Shown here: positions 9,055-18,100 of the stretch, piece after piece
How the letters are laid out: the number at the start of each line of letters is the position of its first letter
Position numbering within the stretch: the first letter of the stretch is position 1
Origin: an uncultured Actinomycetes bacterium
GTDB lineage: Bacteria > Actinomycetota > UBA4738 > HRBIN12
Direction: 5' to 3'
DNA length: 64,000 nt
NCBI GenBank assembly: GCA_963762075.1
Contig: CAVXJC010000006.1
Location: 503,943 to 567,942, forward strand
Program-made: the position numbers and the translations under genes
The notes under the pieces: model-generated
The model's input: only the letters and a program-made list of their open reading frames with translations
Databases searched by the model: none
Told to the model about the DNA's origin: nothing

Positions 9055-11355
9055 TCACGCGCGCACCGCCGGTTTGGGGAAGCGCACCCGGGGCATACCC
9101 TTGGTCATCTGCCATTCCTCGATCGGCCAGCGGCGGCGACGCGCGTACCGGTAGAGCGACGAGTCGGGTGAGACCGCGACCGGGTTGCCCACCGCTCGGA
9201 GCAGCGGAAGATCGGAGTATGAGTCCGCATATGCGTAGGAATGACGCAGGTCGACCCCTCCGAGCGTTGCGTACCGGCGGAGCCATGCCGCGCGCGCCTC
9301 GCCCACGAGCGGCGGCGCCGACATGAACCCGGTGAAGCGCCCGTCGCGCTTCTCGAGCTCGGCGCCGATCACCACATCGAACAGCGGCGAGAGCGGGCGC
9401 ACGAACGGCTCGGCGGCGGCGGTGATCAAGATCGTCAGATGGCCGGCGGCGCGATGCTCTCGGATACGGCGGATCGCCGCCGCGCTCGCTTTCTGCAGCA
9501 TGAACTCGGCCACGTGACTCGTCACGAGTCGGTCGATGCCCTCGACGCTCGCACCCTCGAACCGCCGGAAGAAGGTACGCAGGAAGTCGCCGCGGTCGCG
9601 CCGATCGATCTGCAGGTATCCAGGGATACGCCCGAAGACGCTCGCGAGCTCGCGCGGCCATTCCTCGGGTGTCAGGTCGGCCATGCGCGCCCACACGTAG
9701 CTCTCCACCACGTTCGACGTGATGATCGTGCCTTCCATGTCGAAGAGGGCGAGCACGGGCTCGTCACGTTCGCGGATCGTCACACTCGCGCCGCGGCCGT
9801 CCCGACGAGAGAGCTCACGCAGCGACTGGGTGACCGCGGGAGAGTGCACATCCTTCATGTAGTGCTTCCAGTCGATCGCCGCGGCATCGAAGGGGAACGT
9901 TTCCGCATCACCGGACGAGAGCGACTCGAACAGCGCAAGCGTTCGGTCGTCGGTGTAGACGACCTCCGCCTCGGTGTACATGCCGTACAGATCGCTATAG
10001 CGCTTCACGAAGTCGATGCGCGCCTTGTCACGATCGACGCGACGAACGGCGTCGCGCATCGACTTCGATTTCGGCATGTGGGTCACGACCTGCTCGGCGA
10101 TATCGGTGAGCCGCTCGGCCCGGCGCAGCATGCGCTCGACGGTGAGGTTGCCGGGGAAATCCCACTCGGGCACCTTGTGCTCCCCACGACCCCGTTCGGG
10201 AAGAGGGTGCTCCTCGAAGTATTCGCGGATCCACTCGTACAACTCGAAGAAGCGCAGCGGGTTCCGGGAGCCCGAGCTCACGTTGTAGTGCGCGGCCTCA
10301 CCCGGGGCAGGCGGGTGCGCGGCGATCGCGAGCAACGCGTTCACCACGAAGTCCACCGGGATGATGTCGATGATGCCTTCGGGGATCCCCGGGAACTCCG
10401 GGATCTGCCCCAGCCCGTAGGCGCGGATGATCGGGTCGGCCATCTTGAATCCGTCGATCCACCCGGGGAACGGATGCGAGTACGCCGACTCGATGATCGA
10501 CGGCCGCACGATCGAGAGCGGGAGATTCGCCTCGGCCGCGAGCTCCTCGACCGCCCGTTCGCCCATCGCCTTCGTGAAGGTGTAGACGTCGGGCCATCCG
10601 AGCGAGCGTGCCCTGGTGCGCCCGTACTCGACCAGCCGCTTGGAGACCCACTTCAGACGACGATCCTCCGCGTCGTCGGCGACGGTCGTCGGCCCCGCTC
10701 GCGAGTGCTCGTCGCGGGCGAGACCCATGAACGCCGAGAGCATCTCGGGCTTGCGGCTGGCGGCTTCCACGTCGCTGCGGGCAGACATGGCGAGCTCGAG
10801 CTCGAGCCGGTAGTCGACTCGGTGCTCCAGGGGCCCCTCGGGAATCACGCCCTTCTGCACTCCGGCGACGTAAGCGGTCGAGACGTGCACCAGCGCGGGG
10901 GTCGATCCACCGCCGATCACCCCTCGATAGAGGTTCATCGCGCCCTGAAGGTTCGTTATGAACGCTTCGTCGATGGGCGGGTCGAAGCTCACCGTCGCGG
11001 CCGAGTGCATCGCGACGTCGATGCCCGCGGGAACCTCTGGCTGCCCACGACCGAAATCGCCGTCGACCACATCGACCCGATCGTCGAGCATCCGTCTGAG
11101 CCCGTCCTCACCGACGCGCTCCCGCAACGTGTCGAACGCCGGCTTCCGGAACAGGTACTCGACTCGTTCGCGGCTCGTCGCTCCCGTCTGCGATCGCACG
11201 AGCAGCACGATGCGAGTCTCTTCGAAGTCCGCCAGCAGCCGTTCGAACACCACCTGCGCGAGGAAGCCGGTCACCCCGGTCAACAACATCGTCTTGCCCG
11301 AGAGCGCTTCGACGATCGAAGGCGTCGCGGAGGCGCGTGCCTTGCCCTCTACCAT
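9055..11355 (-). CDS. Fatty acyl-CoA reductase (male-sterility/NAD_binding_4 domain) fused to a C-terminal HAD-IB phosphatase domain
   Basis: N-term LLTGVTGFLAQ plus YTFTK (Yx3K); C-term DMEGTIITSNV...ADSYSDLPLL, HAD-IB-like. Confidence 0.75.
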   Translation of the reverse strand: MVEGKARASATPSIVEALSGKTMLLTGVTGFLAQVVFERLLADFEETRIVLLVRSQTGATSRERVEYLFRKPAFDTLRERVGEDGLRRMLDDRVDVVDGDFGRGQPEVPAGIDVAMHSAATVSFDPPIDEAFITNLQGAMNLYRGVIGGGSTPALVHVSTAYVAGVQKGVIPEGPLEHRVDYRLELELAMSARSDVEAASRKPEMLSAFMGLARDEHSRAGPTTVADDAEDRRLKWVSKRLVEYGRTRARSLGWPDVYTFTKAMGERAVEELAAEANLPLSIVRPSIIESAYSHPFPGWIDGFKMADPIIRAYGLGQIPEFPGIPEGIIDIIPVDFVVNALLAIAAHPPAPGEAAHYNVSSGSRNPLRFFELYEWIREYFEEHPLPERGRGEHKVPEWDFPGNLTVERMLRRAERLTDIAEQVVTHMPKSKSMRDAVRRVDRDKARIDFVKRYSDLYGMYTEAEVVYTDDRTLALFESLSSGDAETFPFDAAAIDWKHYMKDVHSPAVTQSLRELSRRDGRGASVTIRERDEPVLALFDMEGTIITSNVVESYVWARMADLTPEEWPRELASVFGRIPGYLQIDRRDRGDFLRTFFRRFEGASVEGIDRLVTSHVAEFMLQKASAAAIRRIREHRAAGHLTILITAAAEPFVRPLSPLFDVVIGAELEKRDGRFTGFMSAPPLVGEARAAWLRRYATLGGVDLRHSYAYADSYSDLPLLRAVGNPVAVSPDSSLYRYARRRRWPIEEWQMTKGMPRVRFPKPAVRA

Positions 11356-11443
11356 GCGGCAGATTATGCCTCTCTACCGGTCGGTAGACAACCGGGCGAG
11401 GAGGCGATCCCTCGCGAGGAACCGGCTGCGCCCGCCCTGCGCC

Positions 11444-14400
11444 CTAGCGGAGGCCGACGTTGACGAAGTGGGTCGTGCCGTCATCCAGCAAGACGCCGAT
11501 CCGCCAGAATCGATTCGCCTGCGTTTTCGCGGTCCCCCAGTTGTAGATGTACTGCTGGTCCACGGAATCCCAGCGATAGGTGCCCCCGCTTGTGGGTGAG
11601 CTCGTGTAGACCGACTCGTCGATCGGAGCGGTCAACGCGCCACCGGGCGCGGGCGCGAGCCAGACAGGAAGCATGTTGGTCTGCACCACCCTGCCGTCTG
11701 CGGTCCGCAGTCGGAACTTCACCGGTACGGTCGATCCCGCCTTGAAGATGCTGGCGCCGGTTCCAACCTGATGCGCCGTGTCGTTGATCGGCTGCAGGAA
11801 CCCGCCGAACGCGTACACGACCCGGTACGACCCCGTGACCGACGTCGCGTTCCCGGCGAGGTCGGTCGCGGTGGCGGTGAAGGAGTACGTCCCGACACCG
11901 TTGGCGAGCCCGCCCGAGATGCTCATCCGGCAGGAACCGTCGAGTCCCGAGCCGGCGTCCGCCGCCGAGCACGTTCCCGAGGGGACCGCACCGAGCGTGT
12001 AGATGCCTCCGTTCGCGACGCCTCCGATCGTGATCGATGGATGTGTCACGTCGATGTTCAGGCCCTCGACCGCTGCCCTACGCTCGTTGCCGGCCGCGTC
12101 GACGGCGACGCCGCTCACCGACTGCCCGGCGCCCTCGCCCGAGAGCACCGCATCGGCGGGGCAGGTCGCGATGCCCGAGAGCCCGTCGTGACAGCTGAAG
12201 CGCACGGTGACCGCCGAGGCGTACCACCCGTGGGCGTTCGGCGTCGTGGTCGGCGCCCCCGAGATCGACGGAGCGGTCTCGTCCAGCTTCACCTCGACCG
12301 AGTCGGTCCCTCGGTTGCCGGCCATGTCGGAGGCCTCACCGTGCACGGTCGTCCCCCCGGTTTCTTCGGTGATCGTGACGTCGGCGGTGACCGTGTCATC
12401 GTCCACACCCGAGCCGTCCTCGTCGTCGACCGCGTCGAACCGAACCGTGACGTCCGATCGGTTCCAGCCGGCGGCGTTCGGCGACGGCGTGAGAACGTGC
12501 GACACGGCCGGAGCGATCGTGTCGTAGTCGATCTGCACGGCGCCGGGCGTCTCCTCGTTGCCGGCGGCGTCGACGGCATAGAACCGCACCGTCGCGTCGC
12601 CCGACCCGCTCAGCGGCACCGCAACACGCGCCGATGCGCCGGGTTCGGTGTGCCACGCGCCCGCACCGATGCGGTAGCGGATCTCCTGGACGCCCGACAG
12701 CCCGACCTGGTCGTCAGCCGAGAGCTCGATCGTGGCGTCGTCACGGCAGTAGCCGTTCGCACCGGTGCACGACAGCGTCGCCGTCGTCGACGGTGCCCGG
12801 CTGTCGATGTCGATGCCGTGCAGGGTCGTGCTGGCCACATTGTCGGCGCGGTCGGTCGCCGCGCCCGTCACGAACTGGTCGGCGCCGTCCTCGGAGAGCA
12901 CGGTGTCGGCGGCGCACTCCTGCGTACCGGAGAGCAGGTCCTCACACGTGAAGTGCACGCGGACGGCGCCGTTGAACCACCCTGCGCCGTTCGGGGAGCG
13001 TGGCGCGAGGTCATCGTCCACCGTGGTGGCCGCGATCGTGGGGGCGGTTCGGTCGATCATGATGCCGGAGTAGGCGCCTGTACCCTCGTTGCCCGCCTTG
13101 TCGAACACCGAGACGGGTCCAGCGACCAGGCCGACTCCCTCGCCGGTGACGGTGATGTCGTCCGGAAGGGTGGAAGGGTCGACGCCGGAGAGGCCATCCT
13201 CAGCCGCCCATCCGACCGTGACGTCGCTCCGGTACCAGCCGAATGCGTTCGGCTGCGACGAAGGCGTGCCCGACAGGGTCGGGACTGTCAGGTCGATGTT
13301 GATGCCAGCGACCGAGACCGAGGTCGTGTTACCGGCGTTGTCGAGCGCCATACCGGTGACGCTCTGTTCCTCGCCCTCGTTCACCACCTGCGCGGGATCG
13401 CTGCAGGCGGCGACGCCAGACTCGGGATCCTCACACAGAAAGTCGACCACCACCGTGCCGTTGTTCCAACCGAAGCCGTTGGCGGCGGGCTGACGGTTGG
13501 CGGCGATCGTGGGCGGGTTGCCGTCGATCTTCACGGTGATCGTGTGACCGGGAGCAGTCTCGTCTTCCACGTTGCCGGCGAGGTCCTCGCTCCAGAACGT
13601 GATGGTGTGCTCCCCGGTCAAGGTGTGCTGGAACGGTCCGGTGTATTGCCGGGCGGAGCCTCCGTCGACGCGGTATGACGTGGTTGCGATCCCGGACAGG
13701 TCGGGTCCGGTGGCGAGGGTGACCTCCACGCCGCCCGCGTGCCACCCGCTCGCGAGCGGATCGGGCAGGATCGCCGTGGTGCTCGGAGCGGTCCGGTCGA
13801 TCTTGATACCCGACACCGAGCGGTCGCGTGAGTTCCCGGCCCGGTCGGTCACGTGCGCGGTCGCGGAGAGGTCGTCGCCCTCGCCGGTCACGACGCTGTC
13901 CTGCGGGCACGTGCCCTCGATGCCGGAGAGCGCGTCGAAGCACGACCATCCAACGATCACGTCGCCGCGGTACCAGCCGTGCTCGTTCGGATCCGTCGCG
14001 GTCTCGCCGGTGAGCGACGGCTTCGTCTCGTCGATATCGATGTCACCGACCACCGATCGGCTCTCGTTGCCGGCACCATCAGTGGCCAGGCCGGTCACCG
14101 ACTGGTCCTCGCCTTCGCCCAGCGTCTCGTCACCGGTGCAGTCCGCGACACCCGAGAGCAGGTCGGTGCACGTGAACGTCACCGTGACGGGAGCGTCGTA
14201 CCAGCCCGAGCCATTCGGGTCGCGGTCCCGGGCACCCGAGATCGTCGGGTCGGTCATGTCGATCGACACGCTCGCCTCGTCGGTCGCTTCGTTGCCGGCG
14301 GTGTCCACGGCCGAGCCGGTCACGAGCTGCCCCGCCCCCTCGCCTGACACGACCTGCGGGCCGGTGCAGCTCGCGATACCCGAGAGGGTGTCGGTGCAGA

Positions 14401-15844
14401 TGAATGTGACGGTGGCCTCGGCGTCGTGCCAGTCGTTGGCGTTTGCGTCGGGTGACACCGCGTGCGAGATCGAGGGGGCAGTGCGATCGATGCTGACCGC
14501 GACGGCCCTGTGCGCTTCCTCGTTGCCCGCCTCGTCCATGCTCCAGAACTCGAGGACGTGCTCTCCCTCTTCGTCGATCGACACCGAGGCGCCGGCCTGC
14601 GCCGGACCTGCGTCGACGGCGTAGTAGGTGGCGTCCACACCCGACAGCCCATCGCTCGCCGAGAGCTCGACCGTGACGCCGACGTTGCTCCAGCCCGACG
14701 GCGCAGACGCCGTCGTCATTGGCGCGGTCGTGTCGATCCTCACACCGGGCGACAGCGCCGCCGTGGTGTTGCCAGCGCGATCGGCCACCGACGCCGACGC
14801 GGTGAGTCCGGTGCCGTCGCCGGCGATCGTTCCGTCGGCCGGGCACCCTCCCTCGATGCCGGACAGCGTGTCGCTGCAAGACCAGTCGATCGTGACGGGG
14901 CCGTCGTACCAGCCGTTGTGGTTCGGCGCGGTCGTGGGCGACCCGGCCAGCTGAGGGGAGGTCGTGTCGATATTGATGCCACCCACCGTCGTGCTCGCGA
15001 GGTTCCCGGCGGTGTCGGTCGCGGTGCCTGTGGCGGAGAGACCGGACCCGTCGCCCGAGAGCACCGTGGAACCCGGGCAGCTCGCGATGCCCGACAGCGC
15101 GTCGGAGCAGGAGAAGCTCACCGTGACCGGACCGGCGTTCCACCCGTTGGCGTTGGCGCCGGGGCTTCGCGATCCGGAGATCAGGGGATCGATCTTGTCG
15201 AGCTTGACGGTGACCGACCCGGACGCCGAGTTGCCCAGGCGATCGGTCGCAGTCGAGGTGCGAGCGATCCCCGCGGTGTCCACGGTGACGGAGTCGCTCG
15301 AGGGGGTCGGGCCACTTGCGATTCCCGATCCGGCGTCGATGGCCGCCCAGGTGATGCCCACGTTCGTGCGGTTCCACCCATTGGCGTTCGGAAGCGGTGT
15401 CAGCGTGCCGCTCACCATCGGGCCGGAGTTATCGAGCACGTACGAAGCTTGTCTCGAGCCCGGCTGGCCGGTGCAGTTGTTCGCGTTGAAGTCCGGGCGC
15501 GCCGTCGCGGTGATCGTCCGTACTCCATCACCGGAGCCGGCCGAGAACGCGAACGTCCACGATGACTTCGCCGCGGCCGATCGCTGCTCCGCGGTGTGGG
15601 CACCCGTGATCTGCACGCACCTCGTGTCGCTCGAGGTCGTGAGGTTCAAGGTGAGCGACCCTCCGTTCCGGGCGTACAGCGTGTCGGCAACCACCACGGT
15701 GCCCGTTCCCCCGGCAAACGCCGCGGCCGAGACCGACGCGGCGAAGGCCGGAGGGGACTGCAGGATCGCTGCCGTGACGAGCGCTGCGGCGGTGAGCGCG
15801 CGAACGCTCCGAGCTCGGTGTCGTCCGACGTTCCGCGATCCCAT
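11444..15844 (-). CDS. Large secreted surface protein with about 13 tandem Ig-like/HYR-like ~93-aa repeats
   Basis: Signal peptide MGSRNVGRHRARSVRALTAAALVTAAILQSPPAFAAS; repeats NxNGWxxxxVTVxFxCxDxLSGIxxCxxxxVxxGEGxxQSVTGxAxDxAGN...IDxTxP. Start chosen at 15844; the ORF extends to 16030. Confidence 0.75.
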   Translation of the reverse strand: MGSRNVGRHRARSVRALTAAALVTAAILQSPPAFAASVSAAAFAGGTGTVVVADTLYARNGGSLTLNLTTSSDTRCVQITGAHTAEQRSAAAKSSWTFAFSAGSGDGVRTITATARPDFNANNCTGQPGSRQASYVLDNSGPMVSGTLTPLPNANGWNRTNVGITWAAIDAGSGIASGPTPSSDSVTVDTAGIARTSTATDRLGNSASGSVTVKLDKIDPLISGSRSPGANANGWNAGPVTVSFSCSDALSGIASCPGSTVLSGDGSGLSATGTATDTAGNLASTTVGGINIDTTSPQLAGSPTTAPNHNGWYDGPVTIDWSCSDTLSGIEGGCPADGTIAGDGTGLTASASVADRAGNTTAALSPGVRIDTTAPMTTASAPSGWSNVGVTVELSASDGLSGVDATYYAVDAGPAQAGASVSIDEEGEHVLEFWSMDEAGNEEAHRAVAVSIDRTAPSISHAVSPDANANDWHDAEATVTFICTDTLSGIASCTGPQVVSGEGAGQLVTGSAVDTAGNEATDEASVSIDMTDPTISGARDRDPNGSGWYDAPVTVTFTCTDLLSGVADCTGDETLGEGEDQSVTGLATDGAGNESRSVVGDIDIDETKPSLTGETATDPNEHGWYRGDVIVGWSCFDALSGIEGTCPQDSVVTGEGDDLSATAHVTDRAGNSRDRSVSGIKIDRTAPSTTAILPDPLASGWHAGGVEVTLATGPDLSGIATTSYRVDGGSARQYTGPFQHTLTGEHTITFWSEDLAGNVEDETAPGHTITVKIDGNPPTIAANRQPAANGFGWNNGTVVVDFLCEDPESGVAACSDPAQVVNEGEEQSVTGMALDNAGNTTSVSVAGINIDLTVPTLSGTPSSQPNAFGWYRSDVTVGWAAEDGLSGVDPSTLPDDITVTGEGVGLVAGPVSVFDKAGNEGTGAYSGIMIDRTAPTIAATTVDDDLAPRSPNGAGWFNGAVRVHFTCEDLLSGTQECAADTVLSEDGADQFVTGAATDRADNVASTTLHGIDIDSRAPSTTATLSCTGANGYCRDDATIELSADDQVGLSGVQEIRYRIGAGAWHTEPGASARVAVPLSGSGDATVRFYAVDAAGNEETPGAVQIDYDTIAPAVSHVLTPSPNAAGWNRSDVTVRFDAVDDEDGSGVDDDTVTADVTITEETGGTTVHGEASDMAGNRGTDSVEVKLDETAPSISGAPTTTPNAHGWYASAVTVRFSCHDGLSGIATCPADAVLSGEGAGQSVSGVAVDAAGNERRAAVEGLNIDVTHPSITIGGVANGGIYTLGAVPSGTCSAADAGSGLDGSCRMSISGGLANGVGTYSFTATATDLAGNATSVTGSYRVVYAFGGFLQPINDTAHQVGTGASIFKAGSTVPVKFRLRTADGRVVQTNMLPVWLAPAPGGALTAPIDESVYTSSPTSGGTYRWDSVDQQYIYNWGTAKTQANRFWRIGVLLDDGTTHFVNVGLR

Positions 15845-16073
15845 CAGCCTCAACAACTCCTCGTATGGCGAGCCCCCCAACCGCCGTTCGGCGTCACCCA
15901 TGCGGCCCGTCGCCGCGATGACCCAGGATGCACTCCACGCACCCGACCCGGGAACCGCTGAAGGTCGCAACGTTGCGCAGGGGGTGCGGGCCCGACAGCC
16001 TGGGCCGAAGGTCCGGGGATCGAAGGGCAAAGGGCGGAGGGAGCTCCATCACCGCCACTAGACTTCTCAGCCC

Positions 16074-16361
16074 ATGCGGATCGACGAGTTGCAAGCATCG
16101 ATGGACAGCATCTACGGCACGCGCGATGCCGATCGCGGTCGCGACGCCGTCTTCCGATGGCTCGTCGAGGAAGTCGGCGAGCTCGCCAAGGCGCTGCGAA
16201 CCGGCGACCGGGCGAACCTCGAGCACGAGTTCGGTGACGTGCTCGCCTGGCTCGCGTCGCTCGCCAACATCGAAGGTATCCACCTCGAGATGGCCGTGGC
16301 CCGGTATGCGGGCGGATGTCCGAAGTGCGGCCGTACGCCGTGCGGGTGCCCGTGGCCGTGA
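16074..16361 (+). CDS. MazG-like nucleotide pyrophosphohydrolase family small protein
   Basis: EEVGELAKAL...EFGDVLAWLASLAN, typical of MazG-like NTP-PPase. Confidence 0.7.
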   Translation: MRIDELQASMDSIYGTRDADRGRDAVFRWLVEEVGELAKALRTGDRANLEHEFGDVLAWLASLANIEGIHLEMAVARYAGGCPKCGRTPCGCPWP

Positions 16362-17554
16362 GCACCGCCGAGATCAGAGCACCCGCAGAAGAAGAGCGTG
16401 AGCGCATCGCGGACGTGCTCGCGACGTCTCTCAACTTCTCGCGCGAGCGCGCCCTCGCGCGGTCGCACCTGTACGAGCTCGACGACATGCGGGTCGCGGT
16501 CGTCGGCGACGACATCGTCGCGACGGCCGGGGAGCTCCGCTTCGACCAGTGGTTCGGGGGGCGTGCGCTCGCGTGCTCGGCGATCTGGGGCGTGGCCACA
16601 TTGCCCGAGCATCGCGGCTCTGGGATCGCCTCGGCAGTGACCGAGGCTGTCATGAGAGCGGGGCGTGGCCGGGGGGCGGTCGTCAGCGCGCTGTTCCCTG
16701 CCGTGTTGAGACCGTATCGGGCGCTCGGCTACGAGCTCGCCGGCACCTTCACCAGACATCGAGTGGCGATCGACGCGATCCCGTCGCAACATTTCGGGAC
16801 GCCCGCGCCCGAGCTCTTCGACGCCGAGCGCGATCTTGCCGGCGTTCGCGCGGCCTATCGCACATCCGCGTCCGCCCACACGGGACCCGTCGAGCCGACC
16901 GGCGACCGACACTGGGTCGACCGCATCATGATCCGCACCGACGACGAGACCAGGCGCGCCGTCGTGGTCCGTGAGGGCGGCGAGGTAACCGGCTTCCTGG
17001 TCACGGGCCGTGAACCCGATCCGGGGCCACTCGACGTCGCGTTCGGACTGTGGACCGAAGCGTTCGTCGCGAACACCGAAGCGTCGCTGTGGTCCCTGTT
17101 GACCTACGTGCGACGGTTCGGTGGGATCGGCAAGTGGTTCCAGTGGAGCGGACCGCCCAACGATCCGATCGTGCTGCTCATGCCCGAGCAATCGCTCTCG
17201 GTCGACATGCACTACCGATGGATGCTGCGACTGCTCGACGTACGCGCGGCGTTCGAGCGACGAGGTTGGCCTGCGGTCGATGCCGAGGTGATCTTCGCCG
17301 TCGACGATCCGATGTTCCCCGACAACAGCGGACCGTGGACACTGCGTGTCGAGCGCGGTGAGGCGACCGTCGCGCGACACGACGGTGAAAGTCCCACGCC
17401 GACCCCGATCGGCGTCTTGTCGGCGATGTTCAGCGGGTACCTGCGGCCCGGCGACGCGGTCCGCCTCGGGTTGATCGACGCCGCGCACCCCGCGGTCGAG
17501 GAGTTCTCCCGCCTGTTGAGTGGGCCCGACCCGTGGTGCCCGTTCTTCTTCTGA
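16316..17554 (+). CDS. Eis-like (enhanced intracellular survival type) GNAT acetyltransferase
   Basis: About 400 aa with N-terminal GNAT (HRGSGIASAV) and a C-terminal extension; start uncertain (overlaps the MazG-like ORF end). Confidence 0.55.
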   Translation: MSEVRPYAVRVPVAVSTAEIRAPAEEERERIADVLATSLNFSRERALARSHLYELDDMRVAVVGDDIVATAGELRFDQWFGGRALACSAIWGVATLPEHRGSGIASAVTEAVMRAGRGRGAVVSALFPAVLRPYRALGYELAGTFTRHRVAIDAIPSQHFGTPAPELFDAERDLAGVRAAYRTSASAHTGPVEPTGDRHWVDRIMIRTDDETRRAVVVREGGEVTGFLVTGREPDPGPLDVAFGLWTEAFVANTEASLWSLLTYVRRFGGIGKWFQWSGPPNDPIVLLMPEQSLSVDMHYRWMLRLLDVRAAFERRGWPAVDAEVIFAVDDPMFPDNSGPWTLRVERGEATVARHDGESPTPTPIGVLSAMFSGYLRPGDAVRLGLIDAAHPAVEEFSRLLSGPDPWCPFFF

Positions 17555-17567
17555 CTGCGGTGACACG

Positions 17568-18056
17568 ATGAGCGAGGTCACGGTTCGGATGGCAACGCCC
17601 GGCGACTGGGTCGCGATCGCCGGGCTGCTCGTCGAGCTCGGACGCGGCGTCGCCTCCGGTACGGCCGACGACCCGACGCATCGTCAGTCCTTCGCCGGCC
17701 ACCTACGTCAGCTGGGCAATGTGACACTCGTGGCCGACGTCGACGGAGAGGTCGCCGGCGTCATCGACATGGCGTACCACCAGCGGCTCGGCGACCATCG
17801 TCCACAGGCGCGTGTGAACGACGTGGTGGTGACCGAGCGCGCGCGCGGCGCCGGCGTGGGCACCGCTCTGCTGCGACGAGCGGAGGAGCTGGCGCGCAAG
17901 CGTGGGTGCTTCCGAATGGCGCTCGTCACGGCCACGTGGCGCGAGGCTTCGATCGGCTTCTACCGGCGGGAAGGCTGGCATGACTATGGGGCGTGGTTCG
18001 TGAAGCCGCTCGTCGACGGCGTGTCACCCGGTGGAGAGCCCACCGACGACAACTGA
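17568..18056 (+). CDS. GNAT family N-acetyltransferase
   Basis: Acetyl-CoA-binding motif RARGAGVGTALL; start at MSEVTV. Confidence 0.75.
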   Translation: MSEVTVRMATPGDWVAIAGLLVELGRGVASGTADDPTHRQSFAGHLRQLGNVTLVADVDGEVAGVIDMAYHQRLGDHRPQARVNDVVVTERARGAGVGTALLRRAEELARKRGCFRMALVTATWREASIGFYRREGWHDYGAWFVKPLVDGVSPGGEPTDDN

Positions 18057-18100
18057 TCCATCCAGACTCGGACCCGACATTCGCAGCGGGCGCTAGCGCT

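Noticed and set aside
11444-15844. Repetitive DNA of the Ig-repeat gene considered as a mobile or intergenic repeat element
   Set aside because: The periodicity is in-frame (about 280 nt, ~93 codons) within a single long ORF with a signal peptide, so it is coding.
9241-16061. Plus-strand ORFs 9241-11463, 11771-13678, 13572-14624, 14462-15565, 14964-16061
   Set aside because: They are antisense to the FAR-HAD gene and the giant repeat gene. Here the repeat structure itself generates long open antisense frames.
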